Shown here: positions 46,994-60,246 of the stretch, piece after piece
How the letters are laid out: each line of letters opens with the position of its first letter
Numbering within the stretch: position 1 is the first letter of the stretch
Assembly: GCA_965223545.1 (NCBI GenBank)
Contig: OZ245006.1
Span: 7,808,001-7,872,000, forward strand
Reading direction: 5' to 3'
From: Planctomycetota bacterium
GTDB taxonomy: Bacteria; Planctomycetota; UBA1135; UBA2386
Length of the DNA: 64,000 nt
Notes under the pieces: model-generated
Database searches by the model: none
The model's input: only the letters and a program-made list of their open reading frames with translations
What the model was told of the DNA's origin: nothing
Program-made: the position numbers and the translations under genes

Positions 46994-47098
46994 TGGAGCC
47001 GGACCGTTCGCGCGAGGCTCGGCCTTTCGACCGCCGGATTCCAGAAAACACCGGCCCGGGGATTGCCGCGGGAATCGAAGAACGCCGCCGCGACGTTG

Positions 47099-48562
47099 TC
47101 ATCGATCGGGGCGAAGCTCGACGAGGTGGGCGAGGCGAAACCTGCCTTCCGCTTCCGCGTAGGCGATGCCGGTCAGGGTGTCCCCGGTCAGCCGGAGGTC
47201 GAATCTCCAGGTCGGCACCGCGCGGAACTGTGTTCCGGGGAGGTGGTGGTCGGGGGCGAACGATGCTCGGAACGTAGAAGAACGGATCCTGGACTCCGTG
47301 GATGGAACGGTTTCGCCGCCGACGGACAGGATCGCGTGCCCCTCGCCGATCTGAAGTCCCACCTCCAGGGTGTCGCGTGGCAGCTGCACGGTCCCTTCGA
47401 AAGCACCCTCGATCGGTGGAGCGTCGTCGACACCGTAGCCGACCGCCATGTTTGCATCGGCCATCTCGAGTCCCATGTCGACGATCAATTGCGACTCGGC
47501 GTCGAGCAAGACCGATTCCGGGCCGTTCGTGAGCAGGACGTAGCCATCATCCTGGCGGGGATACCCGCGGATGCGACCACCCGCGGTCGATGCCGATCCC
47601 GTGAAGAAGAAGTACTCCGGCTCGGGCCAGGGACGCCAGCCGATGTGTTGCTCCGAGTCGACGCGGCCAAGCAAATGGTCCTTGCGACGAAGCTCGGTGC
47701 GCATGCGGCGCATCTGCCGAACCCGCATGATGCGCTTGCCGTCGAATCCCCCGCCCTGGAGATACAGGAGGACAAAGTGTGCCAGATCGGAAGCCGAGCT
47801 CCAGAGGCCGTTGGCGGCTGGATTGTCGCTGGCGAGCGGGGCGACCGGTGCGAGCGAGCCAGTCGTGTCCTTCCGATAGATGGTGGCCACGTCTGCGGTG
47901 CTGGCCAGCGGTCCGGTGGCGTGCATTCGCAGCTGGGAGAACAGATCTTGCCGCAAGAACCGATCCCAGGGTTGGTCGGTCGCTGCTTCGATCACGCGTG
48001 CCAGCGCGACATAGCCCACGTTGTGGGTGACGCGGAGGTTCCTGAAGCCTGCGGTGATTCCGTAGTCTCGCAGCGTCTGCTCCAGGCTGGGCACCATCTC
48101 CTCGGCCTCGAAGGCGTTCCAGTGCCCGGGCAGGCCGGCACCGTGCTGCATCACCGCTTCGACCGTGAGCGTGTCCGGGTCGCCCGAGGGAAACCGCAGC
48201 TTCGCGCCGGGGAGATAGTCGTTGACCGGCTTGTCGAGGTCGATGACCTCGCGGTCGGCCAAGAGCATCAACCCGGTCGCCGTCAGCACCTCCGAGATCC
48301 GTCCGACCGGGTAGACCGTGTCGGGTGTGGCCGGGCGCTGCGTCGCGAGGTCGGCGAAGCCGAATCCCTCGGCCCAGACGATTTCGCCCGCGCGCAGTAC
48401 GACGACCGAGGCTCCCGGGAGCTCCCCGTCGCCGACGGCCCGCTGGAGCAAGCGGCGGGTCTCTTCGAACTCGGCGGGCGGGGCGATCGTCTGCGCGGCA
48501 AGCCCCGCGGCCAAGAGCAGGGCGGAGAACGAGCAGACTGTTTCCCGGCATTGACTCGTCAT
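47099..48562 (-). CDS. Serine hydrolase/beta-lactamase family protein with degenerate active site (paralog 1)
   Basis: PGAS.VV, GFG.AD, T.Y.VGRISE, DLD.PV..YLP, GLWSSASDLA. Confidence 0.85.
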   Translation of the reverse strand: MTSQCRETVCSFSALLLAAGLAAQTIAPPAEFEETRRLLQRAVGDGELPGASVVVLRAGEIVWAEGFGFADLATQRPATPDTVYPVGRISEVLTATGLMLLADREVIDLDKPVNDYLPGAKLRFPSGDPDTLTVEAVMQHGAGLPGHWNAFEAEEMVPSLEQTLRDYGITAGFRNLRVTHNVGYVALARVIEAATDQPWDRFLRQDLFSQLRMHATGPLASTADVATIYRKDTTGSLAPVAPLASDNPAANGLWSSASDLAHFVLLYLQGGGFDGKRIMRVRQMRRMRTELRRKDHLLGRVDSEQHIGWRPWPEPEYFFFTGSASTAGGRIRGYPRQDDGYVLLTNGPESVLLDAESQLIVDMGLEMADANMAVGYGVDDAPPIEGAFEGTVQLPRDTLEVGLQIGEGHAILSVGGETVPSTESRIRSSTFRASFAPDHHLPGTQFRAVPTWRFDLRLTGDTLTGIAYAEAEGRFRLAHLVELRPDR

Positions 48563-48600
48563 TGCTTCAGTCTACGGCGAAGGTCGCTTGGCCACCGCGG

Positions 48601-50811
48601 TCAGTACGCAACCGTCACCGCGAGCCCCCCCGACAGCGCCAGCCCCGGCGCCGAAGCCGCGGGATCCGCCGCGGCCGCCTGGCAGTAGAGCACTGCACCG
48701 GCCAGGGTTGCCGTCGCGGGAAGGGGCAGGGAGAACGACGCGATGCCCGCGTTGTTCGTGCTGAGGTTGCTCAGCAACGCGGTGCTCGGGTCGACGAGCA
48801 CCGTGCAGCCACCGCCGATGGCGATGCTTGCCTGGCGAGGCGCCAGCAGCAGCGCCGCGGTTGCGAGGGCAGGGGCGTCGGAGAGCTCGATCGCGAATCC
48901 CTGTCGCCCGAGCAGCGGCGTGCCGAAGGCGCTCAGCGTTGGCGGGTTGCCGGTGGTGGCGCAGCCCTGGCCGTAGGGCGCCGCCCCGGGAAGGGCTGGA
49001 CTGCCGTAGAGCCACGTCGATCGTCCCAGCAGCATGACCGCGCGCTGGCGAAATGCGTCGTACGCCATCAGCCCCGTTGCGGGGGGAAAGCCGGTGCTCG
49101 ATTGCTGGGTCCAGTCGGTGCCGTCCCACTCCCAGATGTCGGCCAGCGGAAACAGCCCGAGTCCGCCGAACACCACGACCCGGCCGCGCGCGGCGTCGTA
49201 CAGCATGCCGTGTCCCGACCGCGCCGGCGGACTCGTCTTGGGGTTGAGTTGGATCCAGCGCGTGCCGTCCCATTCCCACGTGTCGCCGAACGCGCGCGTG
49301 CCGCTGTAGCCGCCGAACAACACGATGCGCTGGCGCCGGGGGTCGTAGGCCATGGCCAAATCGAAGCGCGCGGCGGGGCTCGTGGCCGGCACCCGGACCG
49401 ACCAGTCGGTGCCGTCCCACAGCCAGGTGTCCGCCAACGCGGCTCCGCGGATGCCGCCGAACAGCAGCGTGCGCCGCCGCGCCGCGTCGTACGCCATCGC
49501 CGGCTGTACTCTCGCCGGCGGCGTCACCGCGGGGGCAGTCTCGTGCCACTGCGTGCCGTCCCACTCCCAGGTGTCGTCGCGGGTGGTCTGGCCAAACCCG
49601 CCGAAGACCACGGTGCGGCCGCGGTCGCTGTCGTGCGCCATCCCGTGATTCTCGCGAGCCGGAGCGCTCCTCGCCGGGGAGCGCCGCATCCACGAGGTGC
49701 CGTCCCATTCCCAGGTCTCGGGCGCCGCGTTGCGCCCGGCCTGCTTGCCGAACAAGACGGTGCGCTGGCGCGCGTCGTCCTGCGACAGCGCAGCGAACTG
49801 CAAGAACGGCGGTGCCGGAGTCGGTTGTAGAACCCATCCCGTGCCGTCCCACAGCCACGTGTCGCTGCTCCACCGCGTCCCGTCGAAGCCGCCGAACAAC
49901 ACGACGCGTTGTCGCGTCGCGTCGTATGCCAGCGTCTGGCGAGACCGGGCCGAGGGCGTCGCCGCCGCCGGTAGCAGCTGCCATTCGGTGCCGTCCCACA
50001 GCCAGGTCTCGGCCGACGCCGCGCCGTTGTCGGTGCCGCCGAACAGCAGCGTGCGTTGTCGCGTGGAGTCGTAGGCCATCGCGTGCTCGGCGCGGGGCGC
50101 GGGGCGGGTCGCGGGCGAGCGCACCGCCCACGCGGTGCCGTCCCACAGCCACGTATCGTTCAGCGTGCCGATATCGCTGTCGCCGCCGAACAGCAGCACG
50201 CACTGCCGCGCGGCGTCGTAGACCATGGCGTGGCGGTCACGTGGCATCGGGCTTTCACTCGTGCTCCGCTCGGTCCAATCGCTGCCGTCCCATTCCCAGG
50301 TGTCGGCAAACTTCTGCGATGCATCGGCGCCGCCGAACAGCACGACGCGGTTGCGCTCGGCATCGTACGCCATTGCGTGGCCCGCGCGCGCGGGAGGCAC
50401 ACGGACCGGCGAGCGTTGGGCCCACGCCACTCCGTCCCATTCCCAGGTCTCCGCCAGCGGGGATTGGCCAGCATCGCGCCCGCCAAACAACACCAAGCGT
50501 GCGCGGGCAGCGTCGTAGGCCGTGGCGTGCCCCATCCGGGCGGTCGGGCCTGCCGGCGTCGACCGGGCAGTCCATTCGCTGCCGTCCCATTCCCAGGTCT
50601 CCGCGCGCGTGTTGCCGTAGTCGCCGCCGACCAGCACGACACGGCGCCTGGCCTCGTCGTAGATCATGGCGTGTTGGTCGAACGCGTCGGGACTGGCCTG
50701 TCGCTCGACCCAGTGGCGCGGTTGCGACCGAGCGGCCGTGGCGGCAATCCCGAAGAAGATCAGGACGCGCGTGAGCTGCGCGAGGCGGGGTGCGGACCGT
50801 CGGGGACTCAT
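48601..50811 (-). CDS. Secreted Kelch-repeat beta-propeller protein
   Basis: Repeated P.AR..HAMAYD..R.R.VLFGG...DTWEWDG..W; C-terminal YG.GC domain. Confidence 0.9.
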   Translation of the reverse strand: MSPRRSAPRLAQLTRVLIFFGIAATAARSQPRHWVERQASPDAFDQHAMIYDEARRRVVLVGGDYGNTRAETWEWDGSEWTARSTPAGPTARMGHATAYDAARARLVLFGGRDAGQSPLAETWEWDGVAWAQRSPVRVPPARAGHAMAYDAERNRVVLFGGADASQKFADTWEWDGSDWTERSTSESPMPRDRHAMVYDAARQCVLLFGGDSDIGTLNDTWLWDGTAWAVRSPATRPAPRAEHAMAYDSTRQRTLLFGGTDNGAASAETWLWDGTEWQLLPAAATPSARSRQTLAYDATRQRVVLFGGFDGTRWSSDTWLWDGTGWVLQPTPAPPFLQFAALSQDDARQRTVLFGKQAGRNAAPETWEWDGTSWMRRSPARSAPARENHGMAHDSDRGRTVVFGGFGQTTRDDTWEWDGTQWHETAPAVTPPARVQPAMAYDAARRRTLLFGGIRGAALADTWLWDGTDWSVRVPATSPAARFDLAMAYDPRRQRIVLFGGYSGTRAFGDTWEWDGTRWIQLNPKTSPPARSGHGMLYDAARGRVVVFGGLGLFPLADIWEWDGTDWTQQSSTGFPPATGLMAYDAFRQRAVMLLGRSTWLYGSPALPGAAPYGQGCATTGNPPTLSAFGTPLLGRQGFAIELSDAPALATAALLLAPRQASIAIGGGCTVLVDPSTALLSNLSTNNAGIASFSLPLPATATLAGAVLYCQAAAADPAASAPGLALSGGLAVTVAY

Positions 50812-50894
50812 CGTGTCACCTCTCGTCGTGGCGTGGATCGTCGGCGCGATTCTCCGGATTGTAGCGCGCCAGCGGTTGCGGGGAGGGCTACGCC

Positions 50895-51001
50895 CAGCCT
50901 GCTGCGACGCCAGGGCTTGTGAGTGCGACCGGCGCGCGGGACGATGCCATGATGGAACCCGAGCGCCGACCCGCGGGCCCCCCGGAATCGGTGCGCGCCG
51001 C
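50895..51001 (+). repeat. 107-bp direct repeat, copy 1
   Basis: Matches 53798-53904 with one mismatch. Confidence 0.9.
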
Positions 51002-51093
51002 TGCGCCAGATTCGGCGTGCATGAGGAGCGCCTCCCACGTTGGGCGTTATCACCATGTGACCCCTTTATTGAGTGGAAAAAATGCATCGTAAG

Positions 51094-52290
51094 ATGAACA
51101 TTGTGGCACTCCTGTTCTCCGGGGCTTTGCCTTGTCAGAATACGTGGATCGTTGACGCGAGCGACCGCCCAGGGGCCCATTTCACAGACCTGCCTCCCGC
51201 GGTTGAATCGGCGGCTCCCGGAGACACGCTCGTCGTTCGAGTAGGGCTTTACTCGAGCACGACTGTGTCCAAGGGGTTACAGATTGTTGCCGCACCTGTC
51301 CCACCCTATAGTTCCAAAAGTGGATTCGAAGTACGGGAAAGTATGACGATCAGTGGCTTGGGCCCGGGGCAGAAGTGTACCATCAGGGGGCTTTTTCCGG
51401 TCACTGTTCCGCGATTTCAACTGAACATTTGGGAGAATGCCGGACCAGTCTATGTCGACTCCTTTTCCAACCGCAGTTTTGGGAGTGCAGGGGTTTCTAT
51501 CAGAGACTGCGCACAGGTCACTCTGAACTGGTGCTCGATTGACTGGGTTTGGGCGAAATCCAGCGGGGTCCTTATCTCTGAATCCATGATCGGAGTTAGG
51601 CGCGACCCAATGGCGGGCATCGATGTTTGTGAGGCGCGTATCGTAATTGCGTCCTCCTCCGTGGTTGCGTCAGGGAGGATGCTCGGGGTGGGTTGTCAAG
51701 TGACCACGTCCCCGTTGCCAGCGCTCCGTGCTGTAGATAGCGATATCCTCGTAACTGGTCCTTCGGCAATTATTGGTGGCCAGGCCATTCGCCGGGGGTG
51801 CGAAGGCGTACAGGTCGACGGTGTGTCCGGGCGTCGCGGCTCGATTGTTCTTGGCAGCCTAGCGCGCGTCGATGGTATCGCAGGTAGCATCAGGGTGATA
51901 CGTCAAGATTATCCCCATATCGGCGCACATAATGCGATGGGGTTGGGGGTCGTATCGCTTACGCTGTGGGGTCCGGCAAATGCCGCTTCGGTAATACTCA
52001 CGAGCGTGGCGCAGCCAGGGCCGTCGCAGCCACTTGGCGCATCCCCTGGCTGGCCGGGCATTTGGGTGGGATCCATTTTTGCTGCCGTGCATGCCGCAAC
52101 TCTGCCGGCGACGGGACGCGCAAGTATTGAGTATCCCTTGCCGGGAGCCTTGCCACCATCATGGGTTGGCTTGCCGGTCGCTTTTCAGGCACTGACGCTA
52201 TCCAGCTTGGGGGTCGTCGATGTGTCCACTGCTAGTGTGGTGCGTCAGACAGATGGGAATTATCCGCGAGTGCGGCCTTGGCTCGGGTGA
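51094..52290 (+). CDS. Secreted beta-helix-like protein; C-terminus altered by IS630 (native end at 53427)
   Basis: TWIVDA...GAHFTDLP.AV..A.PGD.L.VR.G.Y; visibly lower GC. Confidence 0.7.
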   Translation: MNIVALLFSGALPCQNTWIVDASDRPGAHFTDLPPAVESAAPGDTLVVRVGLYSSTTVSKGLQIVAAPVPPYSSKSGFEVRESMTISGLGPGQKCTIRGLFPVTVPRFQLNIWENAGPVYVDSFSNRSFGSAGVSIRDCAQVTLNWCSIDWVWAKSSGVLISESMIGVRRDPMAGIDVCEARIVIASSSVVASGRMLGVGCQVTTSPLPALRAVDSDILVTGPSAIIGGQAIRRGCEGVQVDGVSGRRGSIVLGSLARVDGIAGSIRVIRQDYPHIGAHNAMGLGVVSLTLWGPANAASVILTSVAQPGPSQPLGASPGWPGIWVGSIFAAVHAATLPATGRASIEYPLPGALPPSWVGLPVAFQALTLSSLGVVDVSTASVVRQTDGNYPRVRPWLG

Positions 52291-53332
52291 CCTTGGCCAG
52301 GATGTCGCTTGCTTTGGCCGTCCAGATGAACGGTTTGGGGTCCATGTTGTGCTGCTCGATGTATGCCTGAATCGCTTCGATGAGTCGTCGGACGCTCGGG
52401 AACGCGCCGCGCCGGATTCGTTTTGTAGTGATGTCGCGAAAGAAGCGCTCGACCATGTTGAGCCACGACGCACTCGTTGGCGTGAAGTGCATGTGAAACC
52501 GAGGGTGACGCTTCAACCAGCGCTTCACCTTCGCGTGCTTGTGGGTCGAGTAGTTGTCAGCAATGATGTGGACGTCCAGGTGCTTGGGGACCTCCGCGTC
52601 GATCAGTCGGAGGAACTTCAACCATTCGATGTGCCGATGCCGCGGTGCACACATGCTGATGATCTTGCCGGTTGCGGTGTTCATCGCGGCGAAGAGCGTG
52701 GACGTCCCGTTGCGCTTGTAGTCGTGAGTGACGGTCTTGGTACGGCCCGAGCGAAAGGGCAGGGAGGGCTGCGTCCGATCGAGCGCTTGGATCTGCGACT
52801 TCTCGTCGCAGCTGAGCACAATCGCGTTCTCGGGAGGGCTCAGATAAAGGCCGACGACGTCCTCGAGCTTCTCGACGAAGTTGGGGTCACGACTGACTTT
52901 GAAGGTGCGGAAGAGGTGCGGCTTCAGCCCGTGTGCAACCCAGATTCGGCGAATCGTCGCCGCACTCACGTCGACCAGCTTCGCCATGTCGCGAGTGCTC
53001 CAGTGCGTGGCGTTCGGTGGATCCTCCTGCGTCGTGATCCGAATGATCTCGGCGACAGTTTCCTCGTCTATGGTACGTGGGCGACCGCGGCCAGGTGCGT
53101 CTTTTTCGATGCCCGCTATGCGCTCCTCGGAGAACCGTTTGCGCCACAGGCTCACGGTCTTCTGCTGTGTCTCGAGCTTCTCCGCGATCTCCTTGTTCAG
53201 CATTCCTGCTGCAGCGTGCAGAACGATCTTTGCGCGCAGGACGAGGCGCGCCGGCGTGCTTCGGCCTCTGGCAAACTTGTGCAACTGCCTTCGCTCGTCT
53301 TCGGTGAGTGTGATCGGAACTGCTACTCGCAT
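52232..53332 (-). CDS. IS630 transposase
   Basis: DEKSQIQALDR, HDYKRNGT, DNYSTHK, HFTPTSASWLN.VERFF. Confidence 0.95.
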   Translation of the reverse strand: MRVAVPITLTEDERRQLHKFARGRSTPARLVLRAKIVLHAAAGMLNKEIAEKLETQQKTVSLWRKRFSEERIAGIEKDAPGRGRPRTIDEETVAEIIRITTQEDPPNATHWSTRDMAKLVDVSAATIRRIWVAHGLKPHLFRTFKVSRDPNFVEKLEDVVGLYLSPPENAIVLSCDEKSQIQALDRTQPSLPFRSGRTKTVTHDYKRNGTSTLFAAMNTATGKIISMCAPRHRHIEWLKFLRLIDAEVPKHLDVHIIADNYSTHKHAKVKRWLKRHPRFHMHFTPTSASWLNMVERFFRDITTKRIRRGAFPSVRRLIEAIQAYIEQHNMDPKPFIWTAKASDILAKVTRAKAALADNSHLSDAPH

Positions 53333-53405
53333 CGTGGTGGCCTCCCACGATACACAACGCGCGCGCGCCCAAATAATTACACCTATTTACGAGGCACTAC
53401 ACTAG
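52232..53405 (-). mobile_element. IS630-family insertion sequence
   Basis: CTAG at both ends; terminal inverted repeats TAGTGTGGTGCGTC / TAGTGTAGTGCCTC. Confidence 0.92.
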
Positions 53406-53797
53406 CGTGACCGTGCTGGGGTACTAAGTGGTGCTAAGCACGGCGGGGCTTTGCCAAGATGTCCGAGCCCGGGATACGGACCCTGGTGGAGCGGATCGAG
53501 ATGGAGGTCTCGACTCTGTGCGAACATCGGTCGTTCCGTTGGCTCGTAGTGCTCTGTGACGGCAAGGAGTTCGTCTGGCGCATGGCTGAGGTCGCTGGGT
53601 GTGCCAAGAGCCCGCGACCTTCATCCTCGACTGCGACCACGGATCGTCCTACATCGCGGACGCGGGCGACGCGATCTACGGAGACAGGACGCCGGAGGCC
53701 GAGCGTAGGCATCGGTGATGGCGCGACGAACTGCAGCGCGACGGAAACGCCGTCGACACCGGATCGTAGCGCGATCGCGCTTGCGGAAAGCCGCACA

Positions 53798-53904
53798 CAG
53801 CCTGCTGCGACGCCAGGGCTTGTGAGTGCGACCGGCGCGCGGGACGATGCCATGATGGAACCCCAGCGCCGACCCGCGGGCCCCCCGGAATCGGTGCGCG
53901 CCGC
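53798..53904 (+). repeat. 107-bp direct repeat, copy 2
   Basis: Matches 50895-51001; contains the start of the downstream gene. Confidence 0.9.
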
Positions 53905-55123
53905 GGCCGCCGCGCTCCCCTCGCGCCGCCATGCGGAGATGCTGTACGACGCGGTCGTCGCCCTGATCGGCAGCGCGGGCTGGGAGGAGACGGCGAACGG
54001 CGGTGCGATGCGGCGGTTGTTCCGGCGCGATCCGCACCATGCGTCGCAGATCGTGCCTTGGCCGGTGCTCGAGCTCAGCATCGGCCGCCGGTTCGCCGTC
54101 GTCACCGACTGGGTACCCTTCGGCGTGGAGCCCATCGATGTGCCGCCTCCGCCGCCGGCAAAGCCGCCGAAGCTGCGCGGGCTCGGCGCGGGCGAGATCC
54201 GCCTCGTGGACGGGCCCGAGCACATCGAGATCGTCTACGGCGACGACGGTGCCAAGCTCGAGACCTGCCGGTCGCACCATCGCCATCCGCTCGCCGCCTT
54301 GCCGAGTGCGGTCGCGGCCGAAGGCGGGAATCCGACCGAGTTGCTCGCGCAGTTCATCGCCGGGCTCGCCCCGACCCGTCACGGCCCGGGGTGCATCCAA
54401 CTGCCGGTGGCGATGCCGCACGGCGCGCAGGGCGTTTGGTGTTGCGGACTCGGGGCGTTGCGACGCGCGCTGTTCGAGGAACGCGTGGGGCGGGGTGCGA
54501 GGTGGGCGGTCGCCGATGGGATGACCGGCACGGCGGTCGCCTCCGGCGAAACGCGGGAGGAGGCGCTGTCGCGCTGGCGCACCGCGGTCGCCGAGCGCTT
54601 GCCTTGGCCCGAGCCGCAGTCCGAGCCGGAAACGCCGCCGGACCTTCCCCCCGGCACGATGACGATCCGCGCGCCCGAGCCCGACGTGCCACTGCCCGAC
54701 GCCGTCCCCGCAAACGTTCCCGCCGTGCTCGTGCCGATCGAGCCCGCGCCGGCGGCGCCACCCACCTTCGGCTCGTGGATCACGCTGCTCGGCGCGTACG
54801 GAGCGACGTTCTTTGCCGCGTGCCGCCGCAAGCGCGCGGGCTTCACGCTGATCGGCCGAGAAGCTCTGGAGGTCGTCGACTTCGAGCGCCTGGATGCCGA
54901 GATGGACTGCGTCGACGACGCCCAGGAAGAGCAGTTTCTCGACGCCATCGCGAGGACCCCGGGGGGTGCCCAGCGTTGGCCGTGCCGGACGACGACCTAT
55001 CGGGTGCGCGACGACGGCGGCCTGGTCTTCGACAGTTCCCACGAGGGGCCGGAGTGGCGGGCGGACCACCTGGACGGCGACGCCGTCGTGCGGCGCGTCG
55101 TACGGCAACGTTGGGTGCAGTGA
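53852..55123 (+). CDS. Hypothetical protein
   Basis: Long ORF with host-like codon usage. Confidence 0.6.
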   Translation: MMEPQRRPAGPPESVRAAAAALPSRRHAEMLYDAVVALIGSAGWEETANGGAMRRLFRRDPHHASQIVPWPVLELSIGRRFAVVTDWVPFGVEPIDVPPPPPAKPPKLRGLGAGEIRLVDGPEHIEIVYGDDGAKLETCRSHHRHPLAALPSAVAAEGGNPTELLAQFIAGLAPTRHGPGCIQLPVAMPHGAQGVWCCGLGALRRALFEERVGRGARWAVADGMTGTAVASGETREEALSRWRTAVAERLPWPEPQSEPETPPDLPPGTMTIRAPEPDVPLPDAVPANVPAVLVPIEPAPAAPPTFGSWITLLGAYGATFFAACRRKRAGFTLIGREALEVVDFERLDAEMDCVDDAQEEQFLDAIARTPGGAQRWPCRTTTYRVRDDGGLVFDSSHEGPEWRADHLDGDAVVRRVVRQRWVQ

Positions 55124-55133
55124 ACGCCGGTGG

Positions 55134-56579
55134 CTACTGCGCCCGGCGCAGCTCGACCAGGTGGGGGAGGGTGAAGCGGTCCTCGGCAACCGCGTAGGCG
55201 ATTCCGTCGAGGGCGTCTCCGATCCGCCGGAGATCGAAGCGCCAACTGGGAACGGCTCTGAACTCCGTTCCCGGCAAATGGCCGTCGGGGGTGAACGTCG
55301 CCCACAGCCTCGACGAAGAGACGCGCGTGTCGAGGGACCGGACGGTTTGACCGCCGGCGGACAAGGTCGTGGCGTGCACACCGATGTCGAGCACGACCTT
55401 TAGCGCGCCGTTTTCGAGCTGCACCGCGCCCCTCCAGGTTCCGTCCATGGGCGGGGCGCCGCGGTTGCCTCCGGGTCTGAGTGGCTGTCGCCAGTCCGCG
55501 CCCTCTTCGTAGCCGAGGTCCGCGATCAACTGCTGTTGGACGGCGCGCAGGGCTCGCGGCGCACCGTTCGTCAGCAGGACGAACCCATCGTCGGCGTCCG
55601 GATAACCGCGGACGAACCCCGGCAGCTCATCGAGGTAGATGTACTCGGGCTTCGGCCACGGACCGATGCGCCATCCGATGCCCCGTCCACGACCATCCTT
55701 GCGGTCGATGGCCGTGCGCATGCGGCGGGTGAGGTTCTCGTTCAGGATTCGCTCACCGCCAACCGCACCGTCTTGCAGATGCAGGAGCAGGAACCGGGCT
55801 TGGTCGGAGGCGGAACTCCAGAATCCGTACGCGGCTGGATTGCTGCTCTTCGCCGGCGCGACCGGCGAGAAGCCGCCGGAGACTTCTCTCCGGTAAAGGG
55901 TTGCCGCCTTGCTTTCGTCGGGAGCAAGACCGGTGGCCCGCAGCCCCAGGTGAGCAAAGAGCTCTTGCCGGAGGAACCGATCCCAAGGTTGCTCGGTCGC
56001 GTGCTCGACCACGCGCGCCAGAGCGACATAGCCGATGTTGGTGGGGCGCGGCCACTCGGCGTAGCTGGCCGTGACTCCGAATGCGCGGAGGGTCTCCTCC
56101 AGGGCCGGGACCCTCTCGTCGGCGTCGTAGAAGCTCCAATGCACTGGCAAACCGGCAGCGTGCCCCATCACCGCCTCGATGGTCACCGAGTCTGCATCGC
56201 TCGCGGGGAAGCGCAGCTTGGCGCCTGGTAGAGCGTCGTTGAGGAGGGTGTCGAGCTCGAGGACGTCGCGGTCGACCAAGATCATCAAACCGGTCGCCGT
56301 CAGGACCTCCGAGAGTCGTCCAACCGGGTAGACCGTCTCCGGCGTAGCCGGGCGCCGCGTCGCGACGTCGGCCATACCAAATCCCTCTGCCCAGACGGTC
56401 TTTCCCCCACGCAGCACGACGATCGAGGCTCCCGGGAGATCGCCGTCGTCGATGGCTCGCTGGAGCAAGCGACGCGTTTCCAGAAACTGGTCGGGCGCGG
56501 CGATCTCCTGCGCGGCGGGTCCGGCGGCCACCGCGATTACGGAGCACGCGAGAGCGGCATCTTGGCACCGACTCGTCAT
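55134..56579 (-). CDS. Serine hydrolase/beta-lactamase family protein with degenerate active site (paralog 2)
   Basis: Colinear with 47099-48562; TVYPVGRLSE. Confidence 0.85.
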   Translation of the reverse strand: MTSRCQDAALACSVIAVAAGPAAQEIAAPDQFLETRRLLQRAIDDGDLPGASIVVLRGGKTVWAEGFGMADVATRRPATPETVYPVGRLSEVLTATGLMILVDRDVLELDTLLNDALPGAKLRFPASDADSVTIEAVMGHAAGLPVHWSFYDADERVPALEETLRAFGVTASYAEWPRPTNIGYVALARVVEHATEQPWDRFLRQELFAHLGLRATGLAPDESKAATLYRREVSGGFSPVAPAKSSNPAAYGFWSSASDQARFLLLHLQDGAVGGERILNENLTRRMRTAIDRKDGRGRGIGWRIGPWPKPEYIYLDELPGFVRGYPDADDGFVLLTNGAPRALRAVQQQLIADLGYEEGADWRQPLRPGGNRGAPPMDGTWRGAVQLENGALKVVLDIGVHATTLSAGGQTVRSLDTRVSSSRLWATFTPDGHLPGTEFRAVPSWRFDLRRIGDALDGIAYAVAEDRFTLPHLVELRRAQ

Positions 56580-56854
56580 GTGGGCAGCTTACGCTCCGCC
56601 CGGCCTCGCGGCGCCTCAGGGGGAAAGGGCTGGATTTCGTCAACCGGAGCCGCGCGCGGAGACGGTTCCTGGGCAGAAGAATGACCTCCAGAGTCTCTAC
56701 GCTGTTGTTCGTTGCGGGGCGGCCGCTGCGGCCGCGACGCAGACCGTGGCGCTGCGACCCCCCAGAACTGCTTTCGACAGGGCCGCTTGGTCCGAGCAGG
56801 TCGAAGCGACCGCCGCCGCCGTCCGAGAGGCCAACGTGATGGCGGTCTGGGCCC

Positions 56855-60184
<3,330 letters not shown>

Positions 60185-60246
60185 CGAGAAAGGCGGGGGG
60201 GGTCACGCGGATCACGCAGTGCCGCGGTCGGGCGCGACTTCGTCGC

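Noticed and set aside
43457..48688. Long + strand ORFs (667 aa, 1019 aa)
   Set aside because: Antisense shadows of the integrase, permease and hydrolase genes, typical of high-GC DNA
52220..53410. 396-aa + strand ORF
   Set aside because: Antisense shadow of the IS630 transposase
50895..53904. DGR template/variable repeat pair
   Set aside because: The single mismatch is G/C rather than adenine-specific, and there is no reverse transcriptase in the window
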